DNA of 64,000 nt from a virus (Duplodnaviria; Caudoviricetes), in IMG/VR virus record IMGVR_UViG_3300038530_002083, positions 29,582 to 93,581 of that record; one strand, given 5' to 3'. Of this stretch, positions 63,468 to 64,000 are shown piece by piece. The notes beneath the pieces were generated by a model that saw nothing but the letters and a program-made list of their open reading frames with translations, did no database searches and was not told the DNA's origin. Positions within the stretch are counted from its first letter, which is position 1, and the number at the start of each line of letters is the position of its first letter. The position numbers and the translations under genes were made by a program.

Positions 63468-63695
63468 ATGTTTAATCGTTTAGTACATTTTCTAAAATCC
63501 CTTGGACAAGACTCTACAGAGGTTGTTCAGAAGTCAGTACAGCTTATTGCAGAGAACTCTACAGTAGCTAACCTGACAAACCATCGTCCTTCAGGTTTTG
63601 ACGGAGACGCAATCCTACGAGGACATAATAAAATTGGTGACTTTATTCACCGAGGTATTAGCATCCAGCAACGTAAAATTAAGGAGAATCAATAA
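63468..63695 (+). CDS. Hypothetical protein
   Basis: AAGGAG RBS. Confidence 0.6.
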   Translation: MFNRLVHFLKSLGQDSTEVVQKSVQLIAENSTVANLTNHRPSGFDGDAILRGHNKIGDFIHRGISIQQRKIKENQ

Positions 63696-63928
63696 TGCCA
63701 TACCAAGACGAAGACCTTACAGATTTTTATACTGTAGTTGTTACAGGTAATGTAGCAGGTTATCCTCAAAAAGTAACATTTATTAACTGTACAAAAGTAA
63801 CTCGTGAAGCTAATAAGCTAAAACTTGTAGTTAAAAATGGAGCTACAAACTATTTAACACCGAAAGATCATGAGTTAGTTCAAGTACAAAAACAAGAAGG
63901 CTATATTCAACCAGAGGAGAAAAAATAG
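63695..63928 (+). CDS. Hypothetical protein
   Basis: AAGGAG RBS, coupled. Confidence 0.6.
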   Translation: MPYQDEDLTDFYTVVVTGNVAGYPQKVTFINCTKVTREANKLKLVVKNGATNYLTPKDHELVQVQKQEGYIQPEEKK

Positions 63929-64000
63929 TGGATAAAGGTTATCGCCAAAAGTGTTTTGATTCAGTGTTTTTATCACACAAGTGGGGAGATTCCACGAATA

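Noticed and set aside
1-64000. Stop-codon reassignment, DGR, integrase or lysis genes
   Set aside because: Genes are intact in the standard code with all three stops used; no reverse transcriptase, integrase or endolysin motifs recognised in this window

Overview
AT-rich segment of a lytic myovirus genome (Felix O1/rV5-like gene organisation; a gammaproteobacterial host is an inference). 1-26.6 kb (- strand) is the virion module: terminase, portal, protease, capsid, contractile tail, baseplate and a fibre running off the left edge. TerL is split inside its Walker A motif by a group I intron carrying a GIY-YIG endonuclease, the tail chaperone has a -1 frameshift extension, and a 1332-aa Ig/PKD protein lies between terS and terL. 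A tRNA-CAT and a structured RNA follow at 26.6-26.8 kb. 28.3-40.3 kb (+) holds middle genes (LAGLIDADG, phosphoesterase, MTase, Pif1-like helicase, nucleotidyltransferase, NADAR, SLOG, HslV-like). 40.3-46.5 kb looks like a long terminal repeat/first-injected region: small acidic genes with their own sigma70 promoters, next to a 1.6-kb non-coding block. 46.5-54.4 kb (-) and 55.1-58.4 kb (+) are small early genes, followed by primase-helicase, family A polymerase and an HNH. The most novel signals are non-coding: a cluster of five sigma54-type -24/-12 boxes with TGTCG-T6-GTCG repeats near a predicted genome end; a family of ~84-bp dyad elements; a tRNA-linked RNA with anti-SD (or, on the other strand, GGA) loops; two promoter-driven hairpin-rich regions at the two divergent strand switches; and an endonuclease insertion that duplicated its target gene's first codons and apparently left it an AUU start. 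All protein calls are from motif recognition and synteny, not database searches.
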